Virus record (IMG/VR): IMGVR_UViG_2880395615_000010
DNA: 64,000 bases
Source of the DNA: a virus
Taxonomy: Duplodnaviria; Heunggongvirae; Uroviricota; Caudoviricetes
Direction: 5' to 3' (one strand)
Shown: positions 31,039-40,096 of the stretch, one piece after another
How positions within the stretch are numbered: the first letter of the stretch is position 1
Layout of the letters: every line of letters begins with the position of its first letter
Position numbers and translations under genes: made by a program
Notes under the pieces: generated by a model
Told to the model about the DNA's origin: nothing
The model's input: the letters and a program-made list of their open reading frames with translations, nothing else
Database searches by the model: none

Positions 31039-31116
31039 TGGACCGCCTTCGGGGACCCGAACTCCGCGCAACCAGCTTCGAAAGCTGGCGCTCTTTCCTG
31101 ATGAGCTAATGGCGGT
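31039..31116 (-). tRNA. argN: tRNA-Arg-like (anticodon read as UCG), imperfect stems
   Basis: Perfect anticodon stem ccagc/gctgg with loop TTTCGAA, but one mismatch each in the acceptor and T stems. Confidence 0.5.
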
Positions 31117-31122
31117 ATGTGA

Positions 31123-31198
31123 TGGTGGCCCTTGCTGGATTTGAACCAGCGACCTGGCGATTATGAGTCGCTCGCTCTCACCACTGAGCTAAAGGGCC
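31123..31198 (-). tRNA. ileZ: tRNA-Ile2 (anticodon CAU, ileX/ileZ-like)
   Basis: ggccctttagctcagtggtgagagc...ctCATaa...ggttcaaatccagcaagggccacca, very close to E. coli ileX from memory. Confidence 0.85.
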
Positions 31199-31247
31199 GG
31201 GAGCAGAATAATAATGGTGCGTAATTAATTCTGCAATCTCATCCGTT

Positions 31248-32297
31248 TCAAACGATTAAATCCTGAACTTCCCTGACTGTCTGCTCAAAACGTCCGGTCT
31301 CCAGCTCAACACCAATCGCACGACGCCCCAGTGCCATCGCCGCTTTTACCGTTGAACCCGACCCCATGAAAAAATCCGCAACCAGATCACCAGGACGGCT
31401 ACTTGCGCTGATTATCTGCTGCAGCATTTCTGCCGGTTTTTCGCACGGATGTTTCCCTGGATAGTACTGCACCGGTTTATACGTCCACACATCGGTGTAC
31501 GGCACCTGCACCGTCACACCGAAATACCTCCGCAAATTTTTATATTCACTCAGCAGTTCCATATACTGCCGGTTCAGCTCACTGTATGTGCTGACCAGTT
31601 GGTAATGGGACTTTTCCAGTTCTCCCCGCTGATGTTTCTCTTCTGCCACCCGGGCAAACAGCGACTGTAATTTCAGATAATCGCTTTCGTTCGGTAGCTG
31701 CCACTGACTGGCACTGAACCAGTGCGACACCATGTTTTTCTTTCCTGTGGCATCTGCAATCTGTTTTGCCGTTATCCCCAGGGCCGCGCGTGCATCACGA
31801 AAGTAAGAAATCAGCTGGGCCATCACATGCTGTTTCAGTTCCCTGCCCTTCGCCTCATACCCGGCATCTTTCGGGCGATACGGCCCCTGATAATGTTCCG
31901 CGAACAGAATGCGCTCTGTGGCGGGGAAATACGCCCGCAGGCTTTCCTTGTTGCATCCGTTCCAGCGTCCGGACGGCTTCGCCCAGATAATATGGTTCAG
32001 CACACTGAAGCGTTCACGCATCATGATTTCGATATCAGATGCCAGGCGATGACCACAGAACAGGTAAAGACTTCCGGCAGGTTTCAGCACCCGCCAGAAC
32101 TGCGCCAGACACTGGTCCAGCCACTTCAGGTAATCATCGTCGCCCTTCCACTGGTTATCCCAGCCCTCAGGCTTCACTTTAAAGTACGGCGGGTCCGTGA
32201 CTATCAGGTCAACAGAATTTTCGGGTAACGACCGGATAAATTCCAGGCAGTCGGCGTTGATTAACTCACAACTGGATATTTTTACAGTATTAAGCAT
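31248..32297 (-). CDS. DNA methyltransferase (DPPY motif), 349 aa
   Basis: DLIVTDPPYF motif plus C-terminal AdoMet-binding DFFMGSGST. Confidence 0.85.
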   Translation of the reverse strand: MLNTVKISSCELINADCLEFIRSLPENSVDLIVTDPPYFKVKPEGWDNQWKGDDDYLKWLDQCLAQFWRVLKPAGSLYLFCGHRLASDIEIMMRERFSVLNHIIWAKPSGRWNGCNKESLRAYFPATERILFAEHYQGPYRPKDAGYEAKGRELKQHVMAQLISYFRDARAALGITAKQIADATGKKNMVSHWFSASQWQLPNESDYLKLQSLFARVAEEKHQRGELEKSHYQLVSTYSELNRQYMELLSEYKNLRRYFGVTVQVPYTDVWTYKPVQYYPGKHPCEKPAEMLQQIISASSRPGDLVADFFMGSGSTVKAAMALGRRAIGVELETGRFEQTVREVQDLIV

Positions 32298-32447
32298 GGA
32301 TCATTAAGCCTGTCTCTGATAGGCTCATTCTGCTTTTGCGCAAAGCAGTGGGCCTGAGGTTTGCTTGTGAACCCAACGCATGAGCAGATGGCTGGTGGGT
32401 GCCCCTAACACCCACCAGCCGCCCATTTACCACAAATAAAAAAGCCT

Positions 32448-32645
32448 TCACTGCGGAAGGCGTCTGTAACAACCGAACTGATAGTCTGCCAGACCCGCCA
32501 TAACCAGCTGGGTCAGTATTAACTGGCAGCGTTCGCGTGAAAGGTAAGTATTCTGCGCTATCTCCCCGACTGTCGCCGGTTCGGTAACGCTTAATTCATT
32601 AAACACCACTCTGGCGGTTTCTGTCATATCCTGCTGTTTTAGCAT
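32448..32645 (-). CDS. Small hypothetical protein, about 65 aa
   Basis: ORF downstream of the Q-proximal terminator; start assumed at MLKQQDMTETARV. Confidence 0.3.
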   Translation of the reverse strand: MLKQQDMTETARVVFNELSVTEPATVGEIAQNTYLSRERCQLILTQLVMAGLADYQFGCYRRLPQ

Positions 32646-32764
32646 GTCTTTTTCCCTTTTCCGGTTAACGTGACACACCAATAACTCTTGTCGAAAAAGC
32701 CAGCAAGCTGAAAGAACGGTATTAATAACCACCAGCGAATTTATTGCGCTACTGTATATCGCGG

Positions 32765-32795
32765 ACACAAAAAAACCACCTTCCGGTGGCTTCCT
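32765..32795 (-). terminator. Intrinsic terminator downstream of Q (tR'-like)
   Basis: Minus strand gccaccggaaggtggc followed by ttttttt; expected position of the late-promoter short transcript. Confidence 0.45.
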
Positions 32796-32869
32796 TGTGC
32801 GAAAAAAACTTGCGTTTCGCCTCGCGATACAGCTTTGCGAAGCTTATACGGATTGAAGCAGTTTATTGA

Positions 32870-33433
32870 TCAGTTTGCAACATTTTTCTCTGTAACAAAA
32901 GCCATGCGCATGGGGGCATATAACATAAATTCAGATACCCCCAACCATTGATCAATTCGGCGTCTGCACGTAACCAACGACCAATCAGGATGATCTGCAT
33001 TTAACCTTTCGGCCATGTTCAGTTTGCTCATTCCCCGTCCTTCGTACCTTTGCCGGAGAACATTGATTAGCCCGGGATATTCCCCAAGCACCTCACTGAT
33101 AACGCGATCAATAATCAACGCCTCTGTGTCTGTACAATGTGACAACCAGCTCTTCTGCTTTCCTCTTGTCATATCCCGAAAAAATGCCTCAAGTTCCGGT
33201 TTTTCCAGCCCGGATTTCTTCATTCTGCGTAAAACCTCATTAACTGCTGTTTTCGTCAGCTTTTTCGAAACCAGTAACCGGTTAAACATATTTCCGGATT
33301 TACCCCCACCGATATACGACCACCGCCCCCACATCCGTAATTTCCCCTGGATCCAGACTGCTTCCAGCGTGTTCAGGCGTAAATGTTCGCCTCTTTTGCC
33401 TGTAATTTCCGGATATATCATATTTACGCTCAC
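32870..33433 (-). CDS. Q: Late-gene antiterminator Q-like protein, 187 aa
   Basis: Position between RusA and the tR'-like terminator; family assignment from context only. Confidence 0.55.
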   Translation of the reverse strand: MSVNMIYPEITGKRGEHLRLNTLEAVWIQGKLRMWGRWSYIGGGKSGNMFNRLLVSKKLTKTAVNEVLRRMKKSGLEKPELEAFFRDMTRGKQKSWLSHCTDTEALIIDRVISEVLGEYPGLINVLRQRYEGRGMSKLNMAERLNADHPDWSLVTCRRRIDQWLGVSEFMLYAPMRMAFVTEKNVAN

Positions 33434-33789
33434 TCACTCTCAATTTTGTAAATCTTCACACCCAGCCGTCCACCAGATACTGGCTGACCACGTACAATAT
33501 TGATTTCATCAAACTGCTCGTCATCAATGAGCACTCCCGCATGCGTCAGCGCATCCAGCGGTGCTTTCAGAATGTTGTCCAGGTCGCGACGACGCTTATC
33601 CGGTGGCTCTGCAATCACCTTTATCGCCAGCGTTCCGGACAGGCTTAATTTCAGCCGCTGCTGGCGAACAATAAGCGCCACAGCCCGGCGATAACGCTTT
33701 CCCTCCTCCGAGATAAAATATGTGCTGCCACGGCGTCGCCAGTAAGTGTTCACCGTCGGCGGGTAAGGTAAAACCAAATCTATGAGCAT
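33430..33789 (-). CDS. rusA: Holliday junction resolvase RusA, 119 aa
   Basis: MLIDLVLPYPPTVNTYW...RRDLDNILKAPLDALTHAGVLIDDEQF characteristic of RusA. Confidence 0.85.
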   Translation of the reverse strand: MLIDLVLPYPPTVNTYWRRRGSTYFISEEGKRYRRAVALIVRQQRLKLSLSGTLAIKVIAEPPDKRRRDLDNILKAPLDALTHAGVLIDDEQFDEINIVRGQPVSGGRLGVKIYKIESE

Positions 33790-33801
33790 CAGTCACCTCT
33801 T

Positions 33802-34779
33802 TTACCCAAGCACGCCAGTTGCAAAGGCGTGATCAAGAAAACGAAAAATTAAATCAACCTGAGAACCATGCTTTTCTTCGAACGCCAGCGGATCCGCATG
33901 AAGCTCGTTGTGATGCTCCCGACACAGCGGTAGCGTGAAAATATCGTGAGATTTTGTCCCCATTCCGCCCTGACCGTGACCAATCAGGTGATGGGGATCG
34001 TCTGCTGGCTTACCACAACATGTACACGGCTGTGTCTTTACCCAGCGCGTGTATTTCTCATTCACCCAGCGGCGACGTTTAGGCCGCTTCATGAATGATT
34101 CCGGTGACTCCGGATCAACGGCAATGCTGACCACCGTCTTTTCCTGTGGTGGGTTCTGTTGCTGGTGGGCGTGAGGCAACGGCGCAAAATTTTTTGTGCG
34201 CTGCTTCAGTATGCTGATGGCTGTCTGTTCTCCCGGTATGATGTCACTCTCGCGGTATACTGAGTGGATTTTTTCCGCGCGTAACCCCAGAGAACGATGT
34301 AATACTGCCTCCGGTAGTGCGTCCGCTACCTGATTGCAGAGCGCCCACCAGGATAATTCAGCCAGCGATAATTCCCGTTCCTGTGCACCACTTATTGCGT
34401 GACGTATGACGTCAATCATCCAGGCTGTCAGATTTTGTTGAGCAAGCTGCCCGAGTGATTCGGATGTCTGGTCGCGCAGCTGGTTGTCGCAGTGCCAGCA
34501 CAACACCATTGCGCCGGTACCGTAACGATGTATGACGGTTTCACTGTGGTGATAGTCTCCATGAGGCCACTGGCAGGATTTAACATGACGCAGGAGCCAG
34601 TCAGACAGTGCGCCAGCGCCGCCAGCAGCACGAATCACACGCTCATCGCTGAAAAATGGCAGTAATGATTTATCCTCCGCCAGCGGCTGGCGAACGGCAG
34701 GGACGACTCCGGACGGCAGACCGCGCATGCTTTTCGGTTCAGGCTCCACCAGCACTCGAGGGTTATGAAATACTTGCAT
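33802..34779 (-). CDS. nin-region DUF968-like protein with C-terminal HNH-like Cys/His motif
   Basis: C-terminal CTCCGKPADDPHHLIGHG...CREHHNELH; start probably the internal Met near 34779. Confidence 0.6.
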   Translation of the reverse strand: MQVFHNPRVLVEPEPKSMRGLPSGVVPAVRQPLAEDKSLLPFFSDERVIRAAGGAGALSDWLLRHVKSCQWPHGDYHHSETVIHRYGTGAMVLCWHCDNQLRDQTSESLGQLAQQNLTAWMIDVIRHAISGAQERELSLAELSWWALCNQVADALPEAVLHRSLGLRAEKIHSVYRESDIIPGEQTAISILKQRTKNFAPLPHAHQQQNPPQEKTVVSIAVDPESPESFMKRPKRRRWVNEKYTRWVKTQPCTCCGKPADDPHHLIGHGQGGMGTKSHDIFTLPLCREHHNELHADPLAFEEKHGSQVDLIFRFLDHAFATGVLG

Positions 34780-34852
34780 GGATTCACAGCCCGGCCTAAG
34801 GACCACAAGCCCGAGTTCCGGTACCAGAACAGGTCGAAGTAATATCCGCACG

Positions 34853-35125
34853 TTACCTCCAGATCCGTTGCTGGTATGTGCGGGATGGGCGCGGTGGGCG
34901 TTCGGAATAAGGGAGCCTGACATAGATTATCCAGTGACGATAATCGAGGCTGAGGGCTTTCTTAATCTCGTATCCGCGTCTGCGGTAGTTATGAATTAGC
35001 CATTCGGCCTGTTCTTCAGTACATGGTGGGTGTTGGTACCAGTCGGTTTTAAATGCGTGTGAACGCCGCCCATGCCGGATGGCAAGGTCGGTATCAGAAT
35101 TGTGAAATTTGGTTTTGTGCGCCAT
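34853..35125 (-). CDS. Hypothetical small basic protein, 90 aa
   Basis: ORF only. Confidence 0.3.
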   Translation of the reverse strand: MAHKTKFHNSDTDLAIRHGRRSHAFKTDWYQHPPCTEEQAEWLIHNYRRRGYEIKKALSLDYRHWIIYVRLPYSERPPRPSRTYQQRIWR

Positions 35126-35194
35126 CTGTTTTCTCTGCTGGCGCAGCAGGTGTCAGGTGTTCAGGCTGACGTGCGAATTGTAAACCAGAATGCC

Positions 35195-35222
35195 AGGAAA
35201 AAACAAAACCCGCCGAAGCGGG
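35195..35222 (-). terminator. Intrinsic terminator downstream of hok
   Basis: Minus strand aacccgcttcggcgggtt followed by ttgtttttt. Confidence 0.45.
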
Positions 35223-35292
35223 TTAAGTGCGGGTGCGTTGAGGATGCCTGACTCATCAGAGGTGGCGAGGGATTTCTCCCTCGCCTGGTCTC

Positions 35293-35448
35293 TTACTCCT
35301 CAGGTTCGTAAGCTGTGAAGACAGCGACCTCCGTCTGGCCGGTTCGGAGTCGTACCTCGCAGAGGTCTTTCCTCGTTACCAGTGCCGTCACAATGACGGT
35401 TAAACAGATGACGATCAGGGCGATAAGCATCGCCTTTTGCTGCTTCAT
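35293..35448 (-). CDS. hok: Hok/Gef-family type I toxin, 51 aa
   Basis: MKQQKAMLIALIVICLTVIVTALVTRKDLCEVRLRTGQTEVAVFTAYE matches the Hok pattern; SD AAGGAG upstream. Confidence 0.75.
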   Translation of the reverse strand: MKQQKAMLIALIVICLTVIVTALVTRKDLCEVRLRTGQTEVAVFTAYEPEE

Positions 35449-35739
35449 AGCCTGCTTCTCCTTGCCTTTCGGCACGTAAGAGGCTAACCTACGTGTGTAG
35501 AGCATAGATATGGCCTCAGATTAATGTTAAGCGTCTTGCCGGACGCGTAATGTTAACTGGGGCTTTTCTCTATCTGCCTTTTGGTGTTCATGCCTGAGAC
35601 AGATAGCCTCAAGCACCCGCAGCAATTCTACTTAACTCTCCTTTTCCCGCAAACCGTTTTTATCCCCAGCGGCAAATCGAATACACCACCAGCGTCACCG
35701 CCATCGCAATTCCTACCGTTGTGAATGCCTCAGGCCAGG

Positions 35740-36393
35740 TCATTGATTCACCTCCTGCGACAGTTCAGGCAACGCTTCCAGTGATGCTTTCACAAACCAC
35801 GCTGCCTGAACTATAACGCCATGGATCCAACGCAAATCAGCATCGCGATCTTTCTTTTTCATCTTTTCGCTACTTAAAGCCTGGCTTATGTGGCTGCGCA
35901 CCAGGTCTTCATGTAAATCCTTCGCATCCTCAATGGTGAAACCACCAGGCAGAAGAGCCGGAGTTACCGGAGAGCTGGTTGACGCTTCCGGGATTTTCCG
36001 AAAATTATTGGTTGACGAATCTTTATTTTCCCGAAAGTTTCCGGACTGAAGCATGGCTTCGCGGCAATCGTTCCAGCCTGTAGCGTATGCAGCCGCTTTG
36101 CTGCTGCCTTCAACTGGCGCATCCTGCCAATACATTTCTTCCGGCACTATCGGCGCTGGAGGGGCGGCAAATAGATATCCGCCAAAGTCAGGAAGCTCTC
36201 CAATGGCCTGTACGAACTTTTGTTTGCCTACGTCAACTCCTAATGGGTAATGAGCTATAATCTTTGCCACCGGCTCTGCTTCCAGCGATGCCAGCGCAAT
36301 CCGTGCCAGTTCCATTTGTTCACCACGGGTAAGCCCGTTTTCAAGCGGATTTTTAATGAACAATTCAATACGTTCTTTGGTAATAGTGGTCAT
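35740..36393 (-). CDS. Hypothetical phage protein, 217 aa
   Basis: ORF with SD; no recognisable motif. Confidence 0.5.
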   Translation of the reverse strand: MTTITKERIELFIKNPLENGLTRGEQMELARIALASLEAEPVAKIIAHYPLGVDVGKQKFVQAIGELPDFGGYLFAAPPAPIVPEEMYWQDAPVEGSSKAAAYATGWNDCREAMLQSGNFRENKDSSTNNFRKIPEASTSSPVTPALLPGGFTIEDAKDLHEDLVRSHISQALSSEKMKKKDRDADLRWIHGVIVQAAWFVKASLEALPELSQEVNQ

Positions 36394-36403
36394 GTGTTAC
36401 TCC

Positions 36404-36667
36404 TTAACCCGCAGTGCTTTCAACTGATGAGGGGAACAAAATCTTTTCATCAAACCCTGCATTCATATCATGAACAGCAACACACCAATCCATCGACGAA
36501 CGATTATCAAGAGCCTCCATGATTTCATCCATGCGGCGTAGGTCATACAGGTAAATGCTTTTATCGCCAATGGTGTAAAAGCCAATTTTTTTCGGTGATG
36601 GACAGCGATCAAGAACTTCCTGTAATTCGTTCAACCATGCCCGTTCTTTTTTTGTCAAAGTTGCCAT
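36404..36667 (-). CDS. Hypothetical phage protein, about 87 aa
   Basis: Start assumed at MATLTKKERAWLNELQ overlapping the upstream stop (ATGA). Confidence 0.4.
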   Translation of the reverse strand: MATLTKKERAWLNELQEVLDRCPSPKKIGFYTIGDKSIYLYDLRRMDEIMEALDNRSSMDWCVAVHDMNAGFDEKILFPSSVESTAG

Positions 36668-36668
36668 A

Positions 36669-36887
36669 TCAGTTTTCCTTATACGGATTAATTTTATTGT
36701 GCAGTGTGTTGAACGACGCCCATACAACGTCGGTATACAATTCAGTAACTGGCTCAATTATTTTCCCGATTGCCCAGACAAAAATTAGAGGGGATATCGG
36801 TATCATCAATACGATAAACAGAATGAGAAACCAAAATTCTGTCGCCCTACTTTTTTGCGGATATTCTTTTCTGAATAATGTAGTCAT
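36669..36887 (-). CDS. Small membrane protein, 72 aa
   Basis: One long hydrophobic segment FWFLILFIVLMIPISPLIFVWAIG. Confidence 0.4.
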   Translation of the reverse strand: MTTLFRKEYPQKSRATEFWFLILFIVLMIPISPLIFVWAIGKIIEPVTELYTDVVWASFNTLHNKINPYKEN

Positions 36888-37236
36888 TTCTTACCGCCCT
36901 TTCGGGCGGCCTCCCGACATTAATCGTTGTGGTAACTCATGGCTTCATTTGCAGCATCAACCGGATCAACCTCCCACCAGCAATAATTTGGTGCGTTTCC
37001 TTCAGGTGTCCACGGTTCTAATTCATTTTTTGCCACATTCTCGTCGCCAGTAATTTTAAAAATCTGCTCAGAGAATTTTTCACCCACTCGTTATATTTTT
37101 CAGTGTTAATAATTTTCTGTGTATTTGACATAGATATACCTCCAGTTAAGGATTAAATTTTATTTACAGTGCTGAACTTAATTATTCAGATTTGGATTAT
37201 GCTTTCTCTTCACGAAGTTCCGATTGTTAATTTGGC

Positions 37237-37659
37237 TCACAACAGCACCTTCTGAAAATTACCCTGATAGAAAGCCAGTACACGCTGCATAGCTTCGCTC
37301 TTCCGGCACTCGCTACAGATTATGTTTTGACGCCTGTCGTAGCGGCGTATTTCTCCGTCTGGTAATGACCAGATAAGGTCAGGATCAACCACAGATGGTT
37401 TCTTCAGATTTGCCCTTGAGAGTTTTTTGCGGGCGTTTTGCCAGTCCTTACGCGCCTGTTCAGACGGGAACAACCCGTAACCAGAGTTGTATACATCGCC
37501 GCTGGCAACCAGCTCTCTTGCGAGAACGCTCATCAGATATCTTGTCGCACCTGTCTTGACTTCCAGTTGCCGTAACGTCTCACGCCCACTCTGGCGTACG
37601 AGTTCAACAACCTGCCCTTTAATTTTTTCTCGCTCTTCTTGTGTAAAAACTTTTGCCAC
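37237..37659 (-). CDS. Hypothetical protein, 140 aa
   Basis: ORF immediately downstream of the replication initiator; CxxC at C-terminus. Confidence 0.45.
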   Translation of the reverse strand: MAKVFTQEEREKIKGQVVELVRQSGRETLRQLEVKTGATRYLMSVLARELVASGDVYNSGYGLFPSEQARKDWQNARKKLSRANLKKPSVVDPDLIWSLPDGEIRRYDRRQNIICSECRKSEAMQRVLAFYQGNFQKVLL

Positions 37660-37699
37660 AAGTCCTCCTGAAAATTACCTCATGACCAGAAATCAACAC

Positions 37700-38776
37700 T
37701 TACCCCCTGAAGCCCAGTGGAATTTCGGTATCTGGTTCAGAAATGTGATTCACGCAACGCTGGTTGTTCGTACCGCTTACCGGGAGCAACCAGGGGTTCT
37801 CAAAATTCCGGTCCGGTCCTAAAAACGTCGTCGCTCGCTGAACAAATTCCGTTCCCGTTTTCCCGGTAGCCGCCAAGTATCTTGCGTAACGCCTCACGCC
37901 ATCCAGCATGGCCTCTGGTGGCACCCCCTCGCGTAATCTGGCCTTCCAGGCACTGAAAGCGGATTTCTTCGGGTTTGCTCCGGCACGCAACGGGTACTCC
38001 CGCCAGACCTGTTCGAACACATCCGGATAATCCACTCGTCCCACAGACTGCCCGGTGTTTTCCGGGACTACCCGATCGGCTTCCCGCAGAATGGCGGAAT
38101 CGGCTTCAGGCTGCTGCAGTTGGTGTGATTGCTCCGGCCTTGCGGTCATCACCTGCTGCACAGCGCCCGAATCGGCTTTCAGCGCATACGCTGAATCGGC
38201 TTCCGGTGTCGTGCCTGCTGGCTGACCAAGATTGACGGTCTGAACATCCCCTGCCTGGTTCGTGGCGTTTTTTACGCCATGGACCATAGTGTTTTGATCT
38301 TCTTGATCTGTATCTTTATCTGTATCTTTATCTGTCGTTACTCGTCGTGACATGTGCGTGACATTTCGTGACGCGCCGTGACAATCGCCATTTTGTTCCC
38401 GCTTTCTTTCCCTCTCTCGCTGCGCCCTCTTGCGCTCTGCAGGAGATTTTGCGGTTTGCGAAATATTGCCGTTGTCCTCTTTAAGCACCTGGCGTTTTTC
38501 CCATCCAGTGATTAAATCACCATCAAGTACCCGCCCCTGCATCGTCTGCAAAATTGAATCAATTACCTCTTCTGTCACGTCGAGCGCACTTGCCAAATCT
38601 TCTGTCGTGACATCAATGTGACCTCGCGTGACATTTCGTGACGCGCTCACCAGGAGGTGGATATACACTGCCATCACTGTTGCAATTGGCTGCCCTGACA
38701 CCCTGGCAATTGTTCGCCACTTAGGGTCATTTGGCATGTCATGCCATAATCTGAGCCAAGCGTTAGCCATACTCAC
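37700..38776 (-). CDS. Replication initiator/organiser protein (lambda O-like role), 358 aa
   Basis: Position after the cro-like/YdaT-like genes; internal iteron clusters; conserved C-terminal region (VFEQVWREYPLRAGANPKKSAF...). Confidence 0.65.
   Translation of the reverse strand: MSMANAWLRLWHDMPNDPKWRTIARVSGQPIATVMAVYIHLLVSASRNVTRGHIDVTTEDLASALDVTEEVIDSILQTMQGRVLDGDLITGWEKRQVLKEDNGNISQTAKSPAERKRAQRERERKREQNGDCHGASRNVTHMSRRVTTDKDTDKDTDQEDQNTMVHGVKNATNQAGDVQTVNLGQPAGTTPEADSAYALKADSGAVQQVMTARPEQSHQLQQPEADSAILREADRVVPENTGQSVGRVDYPDVFEQVWREYPLRAGANPKKSAFSAWKARLREGVPPEAMLDGVRRYARYLAATGKTGTEFVQRATTFLGPDRNFENPWLLPVSGTNNQRCVNHISEPDTEIPLGFRG
38346..38382. repeat. Iteron cluster 1: four CGTGAC repeats at 10-11 bp spacing
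   Basis: cgtgac at 38346, 38357, 38367, 38377. Confidence 0.55.
38609..38645. repeat. Iteron cluster 2: four (C)GTGAC repeats at 10-11 bp spacing
   Basis: gtgac at 38609, 38620, 38630, 38640; 21-mer gcgtgacatttcgtgacgcgc identical to cluster 1. Confidence 0.55.
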
Positions 38777-38841
38777 CTCTTCTGATACCGAATCTTTTTA
38801 CTCACGAGTTGCCGGAAGCGATTCGATATGGCTATTGTCAG

Positions 38842-39267
38842 TCAATGTACTGCCACAGCATTTCCTGCCGGGCCACCACGGTTCATCTGATTGAAACCGG
38901 CGATTGCCACTGCGACAAAATCATCAGCGTCTCTCACCAATCGCTCCCGCGTCTCCACCAGCTCCCGAAAATAAGCTGAACTGTGGCTGCGCATTCTGGC
39001 CACCAGCAAAGGTGGCATTGCCTTTTCGATCGCTGGTAACAACGCCTGAATTTTTTCAACTGCATCAGGGGTGTCTTTCTCTACCCAGCGGAAAATTTTC
39101 TGGGTATTGCGAGCCAGGGCTTCCGGATGGCTGTCGTCATACAGTTCAGGAAACGTCATACCCAACTCAAAATAAGCCTGGGTTATTCCAGCTGCTGGAA
39201 CTTTTTCGCCATCAGGACGCGCCCAGGCATTCATCGCCATGCGGATGTGTTCATGCTTGATTTTCAT
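38842..39267 (-). CDS. ydaT: YdaT-like protein, 141 aa
   Basis: N-terminus MKIKHEHI matches my recollection of K-12 YdaT; overlaps the upstream HTH gene. Confidence 0.6.
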   Translation of the reverse strand: MKIKHEHIRMAMNAWARPDGEKVPAAGITQAYFELGMTFPELYDDSHPEALARNTQKIFRWVEKDTPDAVEKIQALLPAIEKAMPPLLVARMRSHSSAYFRELVETRERLVRDADDFVAVAIAGFNQMNRGGPAGNAVAVH

Positions 39268-39532
39268 GAATCAAGCTCCTAGTAAGTGGTTGTGTTAACG
39301 TTTTGGTATCTTCCAGCTCGGGCCAAATATTCATCCAATCAAAAGGCCTTAGTTGCTGACGTGTAACTTCACCATTACTGGCTCGCTCAATAAGGACACA
39401 TAACGATGCCCCTAAGATTTGACCTTTACTCAATGCCTTTCTTAGATAACCGATGCTAGTACCACACTCACATGCAAACATACGCTGTTCATCTGACGAA
39501 AGAGAATTGAGAAATATTCTTAATTCTTCCAT
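39251..39532 (-). CDS. Cro/YdaS-like HTH regulator, 93 aa
   Basis: HTH segment CGTSIGYLRKALS; divergent from the repressor-like gene. Confidence 0.6.
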   Translation of the reverse strand: MEELRIFLNSLSSDEQRMFACECGTSIGYLRKALSKGQILGASLCVLIERASNGEVTRQQLRPFDWMNIWPELEDTKTLTQPLTRSLIHENQA

Positions 39533-39632
39533 AGCTACTCCTTAGTAAACACAGCAAAGAATACCCACAGGTAAACAAAAGTCAATACCCCTAGGTTGTT
39601 TACCTTGCGGTAATCGCATCTATTATTTACCT
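39533..39632. promoter_or_regulatory. Divergent promoter/operator region of the immunity switch
   Basis: Inverted repeat ggtaaacaa...ttgtttacc plus repeated TTACC motifs between divergent HTH genes. Confidence 0.45.
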
Positions 39633-40052
39633 ATGGACAAATATGAATTTAGACGACAACAACTCATCAAAATTCGTGATGAGAAATGCGATGGTAAAGC
39701 GGTTAACGTGGCCAGAAAGATCGGTCGCGAGCCTTCTTATGTATCAAGAATGTTGTACCCAGAGGGGAAAAAAGGAAAAAAACGGATCGCTGATGATATG
39801 GTGGAGATTATAGAAGAGTCCTTTGGGTTACCCCGGGGATGGATGGATGGTATCGTTTCATCATCAACGAACACAGCCTCCAATTATGAAACAAGGGTTC
39901 TAACGCCACGACAACGTATTTTTTTAGATCTCTTAGACGAACTGCCAGAAAGTGAAGCGGATAACTTATTAAAAACTCTTGAAGAGAAAAAACAGTATTA
40001 CAATATGATCTACGAAGAAATCCGTAAAAAGAAAGCACAAAACGCATCATAA
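39633..40052 (+). CDS. Prophage repressor-like HTH protein without a peptidase domain, 139 aa
   Basis: HTH KAVNVARKIGREPSYVSRML; no Ser/Lys dyad region. Confidence 0.55.
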   Translation: MDKYEFRRQQLIKIRDEKCDGKAVNVARKIGREPSYVSRMLYPEGKKGKKRIADDMVEIIEESFGLPRGWMDGIVSSSTNTASNYETRVLTPRQRIFLDLLDELPESEADNLLKTLEEKKQYYNMIYEEIRKKKAQNAS

Positions 40053-40096
40053 CTCACCAAACAACCAGTCACCAGTTAAGACACATCAAAAAAAAT

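Noticed and set aside
32390-32420. Hairpin ggctggtgggtg...cacccaccagcc upstream of the methyltransferase gene as a terminator
   Set aside because: No T-run on either strand; more likely an mRNA structural element or coincidental.
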